A stretch of 64,000 nt of DNA from Octopus sinensis (lineage: Eukaryota), in the NCBI RefSeq assembly GCF_006345805.1, contig NC_042999.1, positions 163,494,001-163,558,000 on the forward strand. The letters run 5' to 3'. Below the pieces are notes generated by a model that ran no database searches, was not told the origin of the DNA, and saw only the letters and a program-made list of their open reading frames with translations. The position numbers and the translations under genes are program-made. Positions 61,415 to 64,000 of the stretch are shown here, piece by piece; position 1 is the stretch's first letter; each line of letters opens with the position of its first letter.

Positions 61415-61800
61415 GGCATAGGTGTGACTGTGTGGTAAGGAGCTTGCTTTCCAACCACATGGTTCCATGTTCAGTCCCACTGCATGACCGTGAGCAAGTG
61501 TCTTTTACTATAGCCTTGGGCTGACCAAATCATTGTGAGTGGATTTGGAAATGGAAACTGAAAGAAGCCCTATATATGTGTGTGTGTTTTTTGTGTTTGT
61601 TTGTACCTCCATCATTGCTTGAAAACTGGTGTTGGTGTGTTTACATCCCTGTAACTTAGCAGTTCAGCAAAAAGGACCAATAGAGTAAGTACTGGGCTTA
61701 AAAAGTAAGTCCATGGGTTGATTTATTTGACTAAAAATCCTTCAAGGTGGTGCTACAGCAAGGCTGCAGTCAAATGGATTGAAACAAGTAAAATAATAGT
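61415..61800 (+). mobile_element. SINE family A, diverged
   Basis: Collinear with 10335-10744. Confidence 0.85.
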
Positions 61801-62416
61801 AAAAAAAAAAATGAAAGAATAAAATTTTACACTTTGAAGTGTTCAAATGATCTCATCCCAACATAAATCTATGCTGTCAACATCTTTGAAGTTAGTCTTT
61901 TCATAGTATTTCTGTGTCTCGTTCCCTCAAATCAACATTAGTTAGGTAAGTTTATAAACAGATACATGACATAAAATGCTAGAGCTTCTATTTCTTTTGT
62001 TTCTATCTATAACATTCTTAACATGAACAAATACATCTTCAATGTATAAGAGGGGGCTTGTTTGGTCAGGTTAAATGAGATAAACAGAGTAAGATATCAG
62101 GTAATCATCCTACTTTTCTCCCACCTGCTTCCCCCCTTTTGTCTGTGTGACTTATTTGAAAGCAATAATGAAATCATTTAAAGTTATCACAAATATAATG
62201 GACTTGAAGTGTGTTATCTTGTATGCCTATTTGACCTTTGTAAAATACAGTAAGTTATGAGATACAACACCATTTGATACTGTTGGACATTGTTACTTCA
62301 TTAGTAATTTGTAACACCACGTGTTATGGTGTTAAGTAAACTGAAGATGGAATAAGCATTAATATGTGCAATTACATTTTTTCTTTATTAATTTATTTGC
62401 TTGAAAATGTTTTTAG

Positions 62417-62621
62417 GTGTCACACATGTACACACTGGTGGATGAAATTGGCCCAGCTCACAAGAAAACATTTTTTGTGAAGCTGAAGCTTGGAGAAGAG
62501 GAATATTCAGCTTCAGGACCTAGCATAAAAAAGGCACAACATGCGGCAGCAAGCATCGGTCTTGAAAAAACTGCTTACAAACATCCTCCTCCCAAACCTT
62601 CGCCTAAAAAATTTAATGGAG
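62417..62621 (+). CDS. stau: Staufen exon: rest of dsRBD1 (VSHMYTLVDEIGPAHKKTFFVKLKLGEEEYSASGPSIKKAQHAAASIGLEKTAYKHPPPK...)
   Basis: Acceptor TTTTTAG ends at 62416, donor GTATGT at 62622, in phase with the previous exon. Contains the GPAHxK and IKKAQHxAA dsRBD motifs and the YKHPPPK tail typical of invertebrate Staufen. Confidence 0.95.
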
Positions 62622-62819
62622 GTATGTGCCTTTTCTGACATCTTTTTTTACTTCCTCTAAATCTTTACTTTTGTAATGATAATTTATTCTTAATTTATTC
62701 CTACCAAGTTGGAACTGATTAGAAGAGATACTATGTTGTAAGTGTTCAGTCATATTAGCCCTTTCGTTACTGTATTTCTAACCAATAAATACCCCTTATG
62801 CGTTTCAATTAAATTTGGT

Positions 62820-64000
62820 CTTTCTGTTTGTCCTTGTATTTTTGCTAAACCTGCTGAGACCTGTGCTGGGGAAGTTACTTCTTGGATTTCCGCTGGTATT
62901 AACACCTTCATACCATCTTGCAAATACCAGCTGAAACCGCATTCCTCAACCTGGTTTTCTCCTGCTTGTGCTACTACCCATCATAATCATTTTTTCCACC
63001 AGTTTCAGCGAGATAGTTCCGCAATGAATAAACAGCTTTTCACCAATGCTTGCAATCACTGTAGGGCTGTCTTTCGTGATGCTAAATCAGACAAGCAGCA
63101 CATTCATGATTATATAGCATCCCAGAAAATAGGCTCATGTGACTTCTGGAGAATTATTAAAAGTGTTAGAGGTAACAATAACACTTTATTCAACGGACCT
63201 GAGGTCTTGACTTCATCTAATAATAAAGCAGAGCTTTTTGCTTATTTGTTTAGTTCTTCTCGATGACTATGGTCATCCACTTCCTGATGTTTTTGTCAAA
63301 ACTGATAAATTGTTACACAGTTATCATATTACTTCTGCTAAGGTTGTGGCAAGGTTGGATCCATGTAAAGCAACTAGACCTGATGATATTCCAGTTATTG
63401 TTCTTCAGAAGTTCTCTCCTGAGTTGTCTGCTGTCTTATCTAGGCTCTTCCGAAGTGTATCTCAGAATCTTGTTTTCCCTCTTTATGGAAGTTCCCAACT
63501 GTTGTTCTTGTCTTTAAGAACTGCGGTGATCGATCTAATCCTTGTATTTATAGCAGTTGTTCTTGATATCTCTAAGGCATATTTGATAGGGTTTGGCATG
63601 CTAGACTTCTTTGGAAGCTCCAATCCTTTGATGTGTTAGGTTCCATGCTGAACATCATCTCCGCTTTCCTTTATCACCATAGGATCAAGGTTGTTCTTGA
63701 TGGTCAGTCTTCATCTAGTTATTCTTTTAATGCTGGGGTTCCTCAAGGTTCTCTCCTGGGCCCAACTCTCTTCTTTTTATCAATGATCTGCCTGATCATA
63801 TCATCTGTCAGCTAGTAATCTATGCTGATAACTCTACTTTGTACTCTTGTTTGGATAAATCTGATGACTTGTCTGATAAGGTTGAGATTGATGCTAACTT
63901 TGGGAATGATCTTCGATCTATTATTGAGTGGGGTAAAAAATGGCTTGTAACTTTCAATCCATCAAAAACTAAACTTCTTTCAATTAATGGCTTCAGATAT
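62820..64000 (+). mobile_element. CR1-group LINE relic, running off the right edge
   Basis: KPHSSTWFSPACA, LDPCKATRPDDIP, VLDISKA, GVPQGSLLGP and YADN motifs. Confidence 0.85.

Overview
AT-rich, microsatellite-dense animal genomic DNA. The SINE and RTE families look like those of octopod cephalopods (recognition from memory, not a database result). Two genes sit head-to-head around ~28.6-29.8 kb. An FBXO16 orthologue runs on the minus strand (two coding exons found, the rest off the left edge). A staufen orthologue runs on the plus strand (three coding exons through dsRBD1, plus probable non-coding upstream exons). Most of the rest is intronic and filled with mobile DNA: several tRNA-headed SINE families, one near-full-length RTE LINE with many orphan 3' ends, CR1-group LINE relics, four or five Penelope-like (GIY-YIG) retroelement relics, two non-autonomous Helitron families, a DD36E Tc1 element, piggyBac and mariner relics, MITEs, a solo LTR and a ~255-bp-arm foldback. 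The most striking unannotated layer is about nine type I hammerhead ribozyme motifs. They include one consensus-perfect copy and a tRNA-headed SINE-like element carrying a hammerhead, and nearly all lie antisense to the host pre-mRNA. Most ORFs in the supplied track are microsatellite or SINE artefacts. Boundaries of degenerate repeats are approximate.
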